Below are positions 23,846-37,800 of a stretch of DNA of 64,000 nucleotides, piece after piece. Where the stretch lies: the NCBI RefSeq assembly GCF_018977255.1, contig NW_024704743.1, forward strand, positions 95,978,001 to 96,042,000, written 5' to 3'. Position numbers and translations under genes: made by a program. The notes beneath the pieces are model-generated. The model did not search any database, was not told the DNA's origin, and saw only the letters and a program-made list of their open reading frames with translations. The stretch is from Callorhinchus milii. Its lineage: Eukaryota. Positions within the stretch are counted from its first letter, which is position 1, and each line of letters opens with the position of its first letter.

Positions 23846-25486
23846 CCTTCTTGACTGTGCCTACGGTTACTCAACCTTTCTCCCCAACTCAGCATCAAAC
23901 TACACTATTGTACAACAGATTGATACGCATGAAATGGGTAAATTAAGATGACTCTAGGGGGTCAACTCAACTTTTATTTCAATCTACGTGGTGGTAGACG
24001 GGTCACTAGATGAGACTTTTTTTCTAGTCTTACTGGCTTTTGTCTACGTCAGGGGGAGGAGGCAGAAGAGGAGTATGAGGAGGTTAAACGGAGTTGAGGG
24101 ATGGGGGGAAAAGGGAGAGAGGAAGAAATAGCAGTGTGCCCTGTTCCCTCTTCCAATTGAAATATCGGTTACTAACCAGCCTGAGGCCAAGGGCAGTCAA
24201 GCCTAAACTTCCTGAGGAACGTGTAAAACCTGGTATGTTCCAGAAAGTAGAGCACATGGGATATTAATGTCCAGGAGGTGGAAGGGGGGGTGTGTGCTGG
24301 GGGATGTGCAAAAATATTTGAAAACCACTATATTCTACAATAATGTGGAGCACAATATTTTCTATCAGCTACAACTGTACTTATCCTTTTAGCCCATACC
24401 TTGACTTTGTTTACATTTGTGGATGAGCAAAAAGACAATCTGATAAATTTGACATGTCAAAACTAGGAAGAGGGTCAGACTGGTCTGTGGCATTCGGAGG
24501 ATTAAAAGAACGGAACTTTTATGTTGCTTATTTTCTCTTTGTGATCTATTCCTCAGGCCTTTTTTCTCCACAAGGAATTCTTTCCTGGTCTTGTGTTGCC
24601 AGACATCTACAGAAGGATCACAATGTTAGGTTTTACTGAGGTCCTCGTACATTTCTTCTCTGGTTCAAAGGTTTCTGGAGAATGAACACGCTTACCTCAT
24701 AACTGCTTCGACTGCCTATCATCTACGCACCTTCCACGACTGGATATAAAACTCCCCAAAAGGGAGGGGGATCCAGGGGGGAACCAGGGTTATCGCCCTT
24801 TCTTTACCTCCCTATCAGATTCCTGAGCAACTCTCTCAATGCATGTTGTCCTTTCCCCTCCTTCAACACACTGCATACTCTTTTATTGTACGCAACCCTC
24901 AATTACTCTTGCCCACCCTTACTCTGTCACTTGCTGTCACCTCTATGTTCACCTTCCCTGCCCCAATTTATCGCACTTTTCCTGAGACTGGGATGCTTCC
25001 CCTGTCACACAGGAGTGTTATCTACTACAATAGAAACAAAACAGTCCTAAAGGCAGTGATGTCCAGGAACAATTCGTTCTTCTGAGTCTTTTTCAATATC
25101 CTGAAAATTAGGTCCATCTATCTGCAATCTTTGTCACTGACCCTACTGCCAATCACTCCGCCCTGGGGGAATGGGGGTTCCCATATTACTCTTTTACTCT
25201 CACTTGCTGTTACCTCTATGGTTGCTTTCCCTGCTCCAATTTATCCCACTCTTCCCCGCCCACCTCCTCCCTGTGTCGGACTCCGCCACTGTCAAGCGCT
25301 CCTGGACACTACCCCGCGTGAAGTGCGCTATATAAATGCAAGTTGCTGCTGTTGTATTACCACAGAGTCAAGGAAGGGCTCATCAGCAATTCCTTTCAGG
25401 ACCTACTAGGCTTGCCATAGTAATACAAATACTGCCCTTAGCCACCAGGAATGAACAAACAAAAAAAGTCTCTTTTGAAGATCAGT

Positions 25487-25492
25487 TTTATT
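25487..25492 (-). terminator. VIRMA polyadenylation signal candidate (AATAAA)
   Basis: TTTATT on the plus strand about 230 nt past the stop codon, followed on the minus strand by a T/GT-rich tract. Confidence 0.6.
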
Positions 25493-25719
25493 AAAATTTC
25501 ATTTCAATACTGCTATAAAAGGACGACATCTTCCAACTTTCTTCAACGAAAATATTCACTTTGTTTTTTTTACTAAATCTTATCACTACAAGTCATCGGA
25601 GTCAAATATTGGTCCATCAGTGCCAGAAACTCCAGTACAGAATCTCACACTTCATTGTCTTTTGTTGAGGCAAAACGTTTACTTGTTCACAAATAAAGAA
25701 AGCGTGCAACGGGTTCAGG

Positions 25720-25859
25720 TTAGCGTGTGAAGGATCGCACATGTCTGCCCCTTCCTCCACTTCCACTGCTAAACTTTCCTCTTGAGCCTCCACCACTGCT
25801 CCATGATGGTGCTGCTCCTCGCCCTCTCGATGTACGATCCCGGGGACTTTGACGGTATC
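25720..25859 (-). CDS. VIRMA: VIRMA terminal exon
   Basis: [15 protein letters not shown]...[11 protein letters not shown]. Confidence 0.95.
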
Positions 25860-28800
25860 CTGAAATATAAATATGCAAAATATGTGCAGATTGTAAAGAA
25901 TGCAATATACACCTTTGGCCTATGTATTACAGTAATATAAGTAGTGCGACTTATTCAATGCCTTGTTCGTGGGCCTATCATTTCTATATTCAGATTTTGT
26001 TTTCTCTCTTGTAAAAGCAAATGGAATTTCAAACTTGGTGTAATAAAACATGTACTAAAGATGCACTTTTGTCAATGAAGTTTGACAGTCAATCAAAGCA
26101 CACCCAGCCTTACCTCAACCACTAACTGTAGTTGGGATTCTCTGCCCTTCTTTCCTGCCGCCCCCCCACTCCATCCACGCAAAAAAGATTATTTTTATCA
26201 TGCAGAAATATAAATGCTACAACCAGAGAACATCTTAAGAGACACTTTTGACATTTCTTAGTTAACCCACCATCAGGGACTGCTTTTGATGAAGGGTACT
26301 TGGTTCCTTTACCCTTAACCTCCCCTCTAGTTGACACAGCAAAAAAAAAAAAAACTGGATAACACCACCCTCTCCAAGATGAGCAGCAACAAAAATAATC
26401 TACAATTTTGATTTGAACTAATTCCTAAGTAGACCAGACTCTGTTGGACTTAGTGGAGGTACATGAATTAATGGAATTACTGCATTTAAAAACAGGTTAT
26501 TTTATCCGCAAGGATCAGAAGTGAATAAGCAAAGCTATCACACTGTCTGCTGAGAAGATTAATGGTTCATCTACTAACCTCAGTTTGCTAAAGGGAGATG
26601 TGATGTGACCCTTATTTTGTGATTAATATGACTAAACTCCCCACTGCAAAATGCATTTCAATTTGGGGGAGGGGGAGAAACATTCTATCCAGTGATCTTT
26701 GATCATTAGCCAGAACAAATAACGATCCTTATAACAGTAAATAAATTCCTGTTACTGATCAATCATACTTTTCCATGATCTATAAACCCAGGTCATGAAA
26801 CTTGCTAATGAACACTATCAGTCTTTTACCTCATATTCTGAAAAACTTTTTCAATGTGACACCTCATTCTTTGAAATGAATCACCACCCTTACCTACCTA
26901 CAGGTGACAATAAACAGCCCACCGGCTGTTTGGTTTGCATTCACTGTAAAACAGAAGGCAATATGGCCATACAGAAGCTCTTGCTGCGTGAAGAGAGACA
27001 TCTACAATTATTTGCTGGTCTTGAGTCTCTGCCTTTGTCAGCCAGGTTACAATTCCTCAATCCATCAATATTAAAAATATTGCGAGCATCAAGGATTTAA
27101 GATGCGTAATGTAAGATAGAACAATTTTATATTCAAAGCAGATGGTGCGTATCAGTCATACCTGCTGAAGGCTGCCTTGATGGTGGACCTCTGTTGAAGT
27201 TGCTTTGACCACCTCGATTTTCACCATATACAATGCGTGGGCTGTTCTGGGCACTCCAGCTTGAACCACGTCCTCCTTCACGGCGACTGTAGTTTCCTTT
27301 TGGAAGAGCAACTTTCTTTAAAATATAACCAAGCAAATATCGGTTCTGAAATGTATTTGATGCATTACAGGAATGATTATAAATTAGAGCCAAAAGGGAT
27401 TGCCTCAAACTAACTGTAATGTATATACCTTCACCATGCAACCATTAAACACATAAATAGCAAAGGTTTCCCAAGGAATGGGGAAATGCCAGATGTTCAA
27501 GAGAACAAAAAAGCCACAGGAGGACAATACAGCTATGCAGAGAGGAATGGGAGAATGATTTACCAGCCAAACCATAGCATGCTTCCCACTACTATCCTGG
27601 GTAAGTAGAGCTGCAGTGAGCACCCTTCCTAATAGGAGGATGCATCTTTTCTGTTGCATAATTGTGATATTTGTCAGTGTTAACAGTTAAATAACTATGC
27701 AGACAGAGATAAATATGAAAATTTAGTATTGTTTGTACCCCATTCATCCAGACTGTTTGCTGCATAAAAAGGGCTCGAAATACCACCGCACAAAAATTCT
27801 GTAGAAATGAAATGGACTTTAAAAAAACTGTTCAGCACAAAGTACAATTGAGATATTTTAAATTACTATAAATTCACAAAAGTAACCCACAGGACATAGT
27901 TAAACCAAAAATGTTTTATCTTAAGTAAGGGTTTTAAAAGACTTATTTTTTGCAATAGATTTGCTTTCAGTTCACAGCTTCAGATTTAAGATGGATTAGA
28001 CTGTCTGCACATAAACTGGTAACTGAAAGATGTCTATCTGATACAGAGGGCTTACATGTCAGTCTATAAATGGACAGCAAAGATCAGTGCGGTTGAACTA
28101 GGTGTGTGCAGTACTAATTTTAACCAGTGAGATTACAGTTGCCAATGTATTTTCAGCGTTAATACTTTCAGCGTAAAAGCATGTTGTACATTTCTGTGCA
28201 TCAACATAAATGAAAATTGATTAAAGAAAACATTTTAAATATGTTCCTTTAAAATCACCAAGAGTGAAACGCCAGCAGTGTTATACTGATTGAAAAAATC
28301 TATGTAAATGTAGTTATTGAGATATATGTGAGGATAAATAAAAAGGATTTGGAAATATCAAATCCTGCACGTATCCAGAAGTGTCTCACCCCAATCTGTC
28401 AGACGTCTGCCAACCACCAGATGCCACCTTTGGCCAAAATCAAACTTCATAAAACTCAAATAAAATCGGTATCTGAGTGGAGCTCTGCAAGTGAGAACAG
28501 GTGCAGCACCAGGAAGTGCAGGATTTGATATTTGCAAATCATCTTATCAATTCTAGCAAACCAGACTCATTGTCATTGAAAGGGTTTTGTGTAGAAAGTC
28601 TGAATATGAATCTCAACAACTTTGCTTTACATTATTAAAGCAACCGTTTCACTAAAGAAATGAGGAGGGGAGAAGAAAATCAAATACACCAAGTGGGTTT
28701 TACTATTCAGCTAATTGGAGGTATTATAGCTGATATGAAGCTGATGTGCAGTCCATTTTCCTTGGGAGAAGGGTGTAAGAAAGAAGGCAGTAGATAGGAA

Positions 28801-31800
28801 TTGGCAAAAATGTAATGGATGGATTTTTATAAAATACAGAAATAGATGCACAGAAAAGCAAAACTGATCTACACAAATTGCAACAACTTCTAGAATTAGA
28901 ATCAAGCTAGGAAGTCATGCAATTTATTTAAATACTTGCTTTTCTACTTCATGTATAAGCCAGGGACCCTAATCTTCAAGGGAAATAAAGAAAATCTCTA
29001 CAGTCCATCAATATCATATTGAGTTCACTTAACAGAGGGTATAGATTATTATGGCTGTGCTACTCATTGAATTAATTTGGTGAGCCTACTCTATACCAAC
29101 ATATAAGTAAGAATTAAAATGACCTATTTTTCTAAATATAAAATTAATGAATTTATTTTAGTAGTGGGTGCTTTTGATTCTGTTCTGTTAAGAAAGTCAT
29201 ATTCTGTGAAGCGCTTTGCAATGTCTCAGACTTGATAAGGCACTATATCAAATGCCAGGATTATTATTATTATTATCATTATTATACCCACTAATTTACT
29301 GCTATCCACACCACTCCCTTTAACCTAAAGTACACTGACAATGCCACACCTTGAGAAAAACAAGGTTTAAGATATCTCATGATAGACTAATTCAAAAGGA
29401 GCCATAAAGTATTCAAGTCAGAAGGAAGCAGAGGTATGAAGTTTGGGTCTAAGAAAGAATTGAAGACTTAACAAGATCTAAGTTAATATCCAAACCATGG
29501 CACTACAAGCTAAGGATAGGATACAAGTAACTAGCTACAACAAAGATGCAGAGGGATACGATAATAAACAAACAAGCTAGCTAGGTGAATGGCTTTTTTA
29601 TCCACATTCCCAAATAGCTTACAATTCTTACAAATATTAAGTAATTTAATTATATATAACAGAACAAACTTTGCAGGCTCTGAAATACGACCAGATTGTG
29701 TTACAAATGGCCTGTTTCTGTGCTGTACAGTCTATGTAATTCTATGTAACTTGTGACCATCAGACAAATGCTATCTATGTTAGATTTGATGGTGATTTGG
29801 GTGTTTAGCAATGTTAATGCTGGGACATGTAAAATGTTCAAGGTATTTCAAGCATCCAGTGTTAGCATCAAGCACTCCCAAATCAGTAAAGGTTAGATGG
29901 AATGGAAAGCTCCAACTCTGCCCCAAGCATTGTGCCCTTGCCTCAACCTCAGAAAAATTCTTACTGAGCCAGTGCAAACTTGATGGGCTGAATGGCCTGA
30001 TTCCATGCCGTAACATTCTCTCTGAATAAAATGAAGGGCATACCTACTCCATCAAGAACTGGCCTGAGTCTCACCAAACTGATTTCTCATATAGGGGAAG
30101 ATCATTTAACATGGAGCCGCAGGCCAATAGCTTAGAGGTCATGTTATGTGGTGCAAAAAATGGCTGAATTTCAGGTCGTCAGGTCACCACTGAAATCACC
30201 TCGTGCATTGCATGTTAAGCGGCACTAGTGAGATTACGTCCTGTGTACTGCACACGTGTGCTGTGTGCAAGAAGTGTCGCTGATATTACTTCCTTTGAGA
30301 AGTGACACAAACGGCACATGTGCAGAAGTGACATTAATGGCTACTTGAGGACCGTGAAGTTGGTAAGTTTTTCAGCACAAGAAACTGGCAAGTCAGCAAG
30401 TGCAGTTAGTGGGTTTACAGTAGACTCAAGCAGTGTTAAACTGGCAGCCACTAGAACGAGGTACCGCTGTAGTAACCTTTACATCCAAGCTGAGAATGAA
30501 GGTTTCCAATCCTTCAATCAGACTGGCTTTGTTTGAACCCAGGTCCCCAAAGTAAAACTGATAAGGTGTCACTTGTCTCCTACCACTGATTTCAGTGAAC
30601 TCCTCCACAAATATTATTTCAGATGATTTCATGATTACAGCACTTTTTAGTCATAATGTAGATTCAGCACAATATGGAGAGGCTACTTACGATTTCTCGT
30701 GCTGAGATGCAGAAGTGCCACCGAATGACCAGGAATAAAAGGAAGATCTTCTAACAAAAAGGATTGAAATTAGCAAAGTAAAGATGTTTACCTGCCCCCT
30801 GGGTCTTACTGTAATTCACCTCTCTTGTAGTGTAGACAAATTCAAACTTATTTAAAACAAGAGACTACAAATTATCAGTATACATGTCTACATGTCTAAG
30901 TAAATACATAAGTCAAACTGAAAACAACACAACAGGAATGCCCTCATTACATTTATAATGGTCTTGTTTGATATGATTTGGTCCTGGAGCAGATGCAAAA
31001 ATAATTTTATAACATTTTGCAATTTGTCCTCGACTAGGTTTTCTCTTCCAGGAAAAAGAATGGAATGGGAACATTTGGATAAGAGATGAGAACTGTTCAA
31101 CCTTTTTTTTGTTTTGAAGTCGATGGGAAGAGTCAATTTTATCACAATAACTGTACAATAAATTACATTATGTTTTTGTAAACACAATGCCGCCCAAAAG
31201 TCAGCACATTCACAAAGTGGATATCAGTTTAATATGTCCTAACCTCTCTTCCTTCAAATAGTTTGCCACAGAATAAAAAAAGGCTTAACTAATTCATAAG
31301 ATACTCTAATTATTCAAACCTGTATTCCTGCACCTTTTAAGAAAATTCTACAGTAATTGTCCATTGAATCATTATTTTAGTTCTATATAACCTTTAGACT
31401 TTCTTAGAGAAGACAGCAGTATGTTTGGGGACATGAACTCAATTCTCGAAAAGAACACAAAATATCCAACTTACCCGATGGTCCAGCAAGAGACCATATA
31501 CACCAGAAGGGTGCAGGTGCTGAATTAGCTGCTGTAAACGAGAACAGCAGTTAGGTGCTACAATTAGCCTAGTGTTCTTTGGTTGGAGATGGGTGCTAAG
31601 GCTTAAAATAAATATGACAGGATTCCTATACCTGATTTAAATCAGAGAACCTGCTGTAAGGTATGTGTGGGTAGACATTAGGTACGCTTGAGTGATACAC
31701 ACCAGCCCAGCACCAGGAGTGGTTTAAAAATGTCTTGTAATTTGGCAAACATGAACTAATGTTGTCAAAACCAAGTGACAACATACTGTATATTCAAAAT

Positions 31801-34800
31801 CCCATCAGGCATACAATCGAACAACCAAAGCACACTGGTGAGGAAAAGTCAGTGTGTTTGAAATGAGAGTATGCACAAGATTCTTATTGACACAAGGGAT
31901 AACAGAACCAGGAAGTACAAGAATATTGCTGCAGTCCGAGATATGGATATTATTGTACTAAGGCCACATGGCACAGATGAATGCTGAGCGTTTCCCAATA
32001 ATGTTGCATGTCAATCAACCTTGGAGAAGACAACTGAAATAAATATTGGTTCTAGGTGAGATTTTGAGAGCTGCCGTGGAGCTGGGGCAGCAGACAAGAT
32101 TACAAAAGAAAGTGTAAGAAACTGATGAGCAAGGTGCCAGATAATAGCATGTGCAGTTATTAAATGAATCTCAAAAGGGAATCAGGTAGGTGCTTGAAAA
32201 GGAAAATTTGCAGGGCAATGGAGCAAGAGAGGGAGTGGGACTGACTGGATATCTCTTCCAAAGAGCCGGCACAAGCATGGTGGGCTGAACGGCCTCCCTC
32301 TGTGCTGTAATATTCTATGATTCTATGAATTGCATTATAGCTTGTTGTCAAACATCTATTTTTAAACATACAATTTTAGGACGTTTGGTTAAAAATCCAT
32401 TTTAGTAAACTCAAATCATGCAAATTTTCCATTGGAAATTCTCACGCACCTTTAGGAGCTGGCGGAACAAAGAAACGATTTTGACTGTGAAAGACTCCTC
32501 GGCCTCGATTTCCAGAGAATCCACCCCGAGAAGCAGCTTTTGGAGGTCCTTTATTTGTCCTTTTTGGTGGGGGAGGACCAGACGAGGGAATGTCTTTGCA
32601 TTCTGCTGCCACAAAATCATCAACATGCATCGAGGGTGGTCTGCTCGTATTTTGCTTCCGCTGACGAAATATATCATGGGGTCTACAATTTGACCCAAAT
32701 CCTCCCCTGCCTCGTCCACGTGGAGGAGGCACTATATGAGCTCGCTTGGCCGGTTCTATGTATTCAGATTTTCCACTAAAATAAAAGGCACATAAATACA
32801 GAAACAGATCAGATTTTCATTCTTCAATACAAATTATCTGTATAAATACTTCATTACACACATCTGCAAAAGACTTGCGGAGGTACAAGCTGACCTCTGA
32901 AACGCTACCCTGAGTGTAGGGTGATATATACGTGCAAGTTGTTGTTGTTGACCTTGAAATTGTGGAAATTCAGATTTTGCCGCCATAGCTTGAAATGCCT
33001 CAAACGGCTATTACCATTAAACAACATAAATGTAATAAAAATAAAACATTTTGAATTGATAAAACAAAATAAGAAATTCCCGAAAATATAAATCAAAAAA
33101 CTATTTAAAAAATAAAAAGAATTTAATGGGGCTCTACTCATCAGTAAGACTTGGAGATACAGTTCAGTCATTGAGAACAGGGATTCGCTCAGCTCCTGTT
33201 AACCCTGTAAGTCAAAGCCCTAACTGGTAGGGTGGTCCCAGCTGGATAATCAACAGGAAAATTTGCCAGACAGTGCTCTCAATGGCAAGTTATGCAGTGT
33301 TAGTTGGTTAGACTCCAGCAATCGAACACACATTTTGGGGTCCCCAAACCTTGGCTCTTGCCAGTCTGTGCCAAATACTCTCCAGAATTAGGTAAATAGG
33401 GTTCATCCTTCCAGGAGAGTGTGCATTTTGTTCCAACATACGGGAATTTCCATGTATAGGTGGAACACACGTAACTCTGTTTGGTTTGGATACTCTCAGG
33501 CAAAGAATGTCTCCCCCCCCCCCACCCTGCCAGATCAGATATGTTTGTCCCTGGATAAAATGCAATATTCAGAGTTTTTGAATAGTACAACTGCTTCATC
33601 TAGGAAAAGAACAATCATTGCAATGCTGAACATTTCTTAAAATATTTATGTTTATATAAGCAATATTTCCATGTGACTGAACAGTTTGAAGTTTCACATC
33701 TCACCTGGAGGTGATGAACGTCTCGTGCTTGTGTTTTCCCAGCTTAAAGCCTTTTGATACCTTTGCTCTTCCTGGAGATGAGGGTTCTGACAAGAACGAC
33801 CTCTCCAGTTCTGCTTTCAGGTCCATTTCACAGCAGCATTTCTCAGCTAAGTCGGTCAAGTCTACTTTTACCTGCAATAGAATTTAGCAGAAACTGATAG
33901 GCACTGCTCATCACAATCATCACTACCACAAAGGCGTTTAAGATGTCAATGTCAAGATGATCTCTCAATGTATCTATACAGCTGATTGGAAGTGAAATTA
34001 ACCCAAAATTACATGACTGCCTAGAGTACAGTATTTTCAGTCACAAACTAAAAAGCTGAGGCATGTACACCAAGCAAATATTTATCTTAATAGCCTTTAA
34101 TATTTAATTCTGAGCATGTTGTTTGTTGAAAAACAATAAGCATTAAAATTGAACCTAAATACTGAGTATAATGTAGAATTGAAAAAATAGCATGACTTGG
34201 GTTGCTTGCTGTATAATTATCTGCCCACTGATAGATCCAACCCTCAAAAGAGATATTATTTGTTTACACAGCTAACCACCAATAACTCGAATACCAAACC
34301 TAACCATTAACAGTCTCAATCATTTCTTAAATGACTCCAGTGGCCTGACCTCAACTCCCCTTTCTAGTAACACATTCCAGCGGTTAATTTCCCCCTGTGT
34401 AAAGAAACAAATCCTGGTGGCTCTTAGAATTGACTGTCACAACCATGAACCCAGGCCCTCTTGCCTTGATATATATGAAATTATTGATACAGGATTATTT
34501 TCTCCAGCCCATTAAGCATTTAGGGGCATTTGCTAACCAGAGGGCATTGTAGTTGACATAACTTTGTTCTCAGTATCAAAACATGCTACATTTTATCAGG
34601 ATCACTAGTTAGCAATTAGGAGTCAAAACCTCAAATGATTTTTTTTTCTTTCCTTAGGCTACAAGCACAAAGGCCCTTTTTGCAGGAGAAGCTGGACTAG
34701 CTGAGGCAATGAATAATTACAGGTCATTGTAGTATATTTTTAAATACATGTTTGCAAACATTCCATATTTTAATTGCCTCATAAACTGGGTGTTAACATT

Positions 34801-37800
34801 CAACAGTTTTGATAGCAAAGTCTTCAACCACTCATTTTCACCCATTTCCTAACACTGGCATTATTTTAAAGCAATAGACAACAGGGAATGGAAGGCACTG
34901 TCAGTCAGTACACAATTCATTCATCTCCAGTATATGAGTTTCAACCCAGTCTAGAGATAAAGTCTCCACTCCAAAACAGCTTCATTGAAGTTAAGTTGGA
35001 CATTCTCATCCTAGTTTTTAGCAGCAATAATCTACAGCACAAAACTGACCATAAATTAGCATGTTCGTTCAAAGCTAACAAGGACAAGGGTGAGACAAAA
35101 GTAACACTGGGGAAGTATGTCCTCACCAACAGTAGTAGTAGTATTCTGCATTAACTGAATGAATGTGTTGTACATGAACCTGCGATGCTTAATGAAAAAT
35201 GTGCTATTCCTCAGCACATGCATCTCTCATTTTAATGAACATACATATTCACAAATGAATGCACTTTGTTTCAAGCGTTAAGATTGTATTGTCACGTTTT
35301 GCTGCTGCACTTACCATATCCAAATCTGTGTCAAGGTCTTCAGCCTGGAATGGGGAAAGCCATAAAGTCTTCAGCTGCTCATCCAGAACATCTGCCAACA
35401 CATACACAGTCCTGGAATACAGAACAAAAATATTTTTCTCTCTAGTTTAGAAAATATAGATTCTAGTTAAACCGTCAGACTTAGCCATATACTTGAAAAA
35501 TGTTTAGTTTATTTAAAATAAATACAATAACAATTGTATTGTTAATAAACACATGTATTTACACATGACCTCTCAAAGCCAGTCAGGAACCTCGGCGTTT
35601 TGTTCGACCCTGAGCTGTCCTTTCTCCCTCACATCCGCACCACAACTGGCACCGCCTTCCATCACCTCCGGAACATCGCCAGACTACGGCACTACCTCAC
35701 CCCTCACGCTGCTGAAACTCTGGTCCATGCCTTTATCACCTCAAGGCTGGACTATGGGAACTCTCTCCTCGCCGGCCTTCCCGCCACCTCCCTCCACAAG
35801 CTGCAGGTCATTCAGAACTCTGCAGCTCGTGTACTGTCCCGCACCAGGCTTCGCAACCACACCACCCCCACCCTCGCTCGCCTCCACTGGCTCCCCATCC
35901 CCCAGAGGATCGAATTCAAGATCCTCATCCTCACCTACAAGGCCATTCACGGCCTCGCTCCCTCCTACCTCTCCAACCTACTATCCCCCTACCTACCTGC
36001 CTGTACCCTCCGTTCCTCTGGCTCCGGTCTGCTCCACGTCCCCCGCCCCAACCGCCCTACCATCGGTGGTCGGGCCTTCAGCCTCTCAGCCCCAGGCTCT
36101 GGAACTCCATCCCCCAGTGCCTTCGCCGCCTCCTCCCTTTCCTCCTTCAAGGCCGGTCTCAAAACCTTTCTCTTTGACCGTGCCTTCAGCTCCCCTCTCG
36201 ACTCTCTTCCCCCTCCTCGCTCCCTCCCTTCCCTCCCCTCACCCTGACCATTTCCCCCTCCTCGCTCCCTCCCTTCCCTCCCCTCACCCTGACCATTTCC
36301 CCCCTCCTCGCTCCCTCCCTTCCCTCCCCTCACCCTGACCATTTCCTCCCTCCTCGCTCCCTCCCTTCCCTCTCCTCACCTTGACCATTTCCCCCCTGCT
36401 CGGGTCATGACCCAACTGTGCAGCGCCTTGGGACGTCCTCCTGACGTGAAAGGCGCTTTATAAATGGAATCTTGTTGTTGTTGTTGTTGTAAATATACTT
36501 AGCTCTAAAGATCTTGGATTCACATAAACCAGAAAAAGGTTTGCACACCTGTAAATGTCAACATCTTTTCCTCAATGACATTTTGACACTGAATTATCTT
36601 CAAACCCATAAAGTAGAAAGTGACTTTATCTGACCCCTTCTGGCATTATTGACAAAAGGTCATAGTCATTGCATATCACAAGAAAAGGCATCTAGAAAGG
36701 GCAGAAATCTGCAATAATATGAATGTGGTCAATTTAACTTTTTGGAAGGGGATGTGAGATTCCGGTTCATCTCCAATTTTAGACAGTTAAATTTATTTAA
36801 AATGGATCAATGTGTGTCTTTTCAGTCAGGAATTTAATTTTCAATAAAAAGATAGTAAAACTGTTTATTATAATAATAATCCTTGCATTTGATATAGCAC
36901 CTTATTACATCTTCAAGATGTCTCAAAGTACTTCATAGAATATACTGCAAAGTAAATTGACTGTATATTTTTTGTGGGTGAAACGCGGCAGCCAATTACG
37001 CACAGCAGTGTCCCACAAACCGTCATAGACTGAGTGACCAAATTATTTTTATTATTTTGAAGGAATTATTATCCCCAGAAAAGCAATCCGTCAATCAACT
37101 AACAACCGTGTTCCCCCTTATTGCTAGGTAAACAGGCGTGTGGAGTAAGGAAACTTGCCCAACATTTCGCCTTGCCAGGAATCGAATTGAGCCCTTTTCT
37201 CTTGGAGTGACAAGTTTTCCAGAGTTTACTGTAGCTCCCTTCCCACTAAATAAATGGTTCAAACTACTTTAAAAGTGAATCAATTAGAAATGAAGTGAAT
37301 GTTGTTATACAACAGCAGCAAACATGTCAGCTAATTTTAAAATCGAGTTCTTTGGCAAGCAACTGAATAGGAAACTGCAGTTCAGGTACGAGTCTATATC
37401 AAACAAGGTCTATCCAGATTGAACCGTTCATTCACCTCTGTACTAGAATATCAATAAATATTAAGTGAAAACACTGATGAAGCCACCAATTGTAACAGCA
37501 ACATAGCAGCAAAACCTGCACCATTTCATGATTAAAGAGCTATTGTAATATCAATGGCAATATTGTAAGATAGCTCAAGTTGGCAAAAGCAAACCAGAGA
37601 TTTGTAAAAATACTAAAACTTCTCAAAATAAATATTCAGTATTGAAACCTGACCAGTCAGAAAAGGTGGTAATAGTAGAGAGGCTGGGCACTTTAAACTT
37701 TTGAAAGTCTCCGCAAAATACTCAGGATCATAGTGACAAATTCCTGCCAGTAAGCCAACAGAAAATGTGGTGATTTTCTCACCATGCATGACTCCAGATA

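Noticed and set aside
30792..30830. Second minus-strand donor CAG|GTAAAC just upstream of the candidate cassette exon
   Set aside because: No convincing acceptor, and only 41 nt from the next acceptor, too short for an intron.
32411..32779. Overlapping and antisense ORFs on VIRMA exons (also 38413-38910 and 58723-59028)
   Set aside because: Shadows of real coding exons with no independent features.
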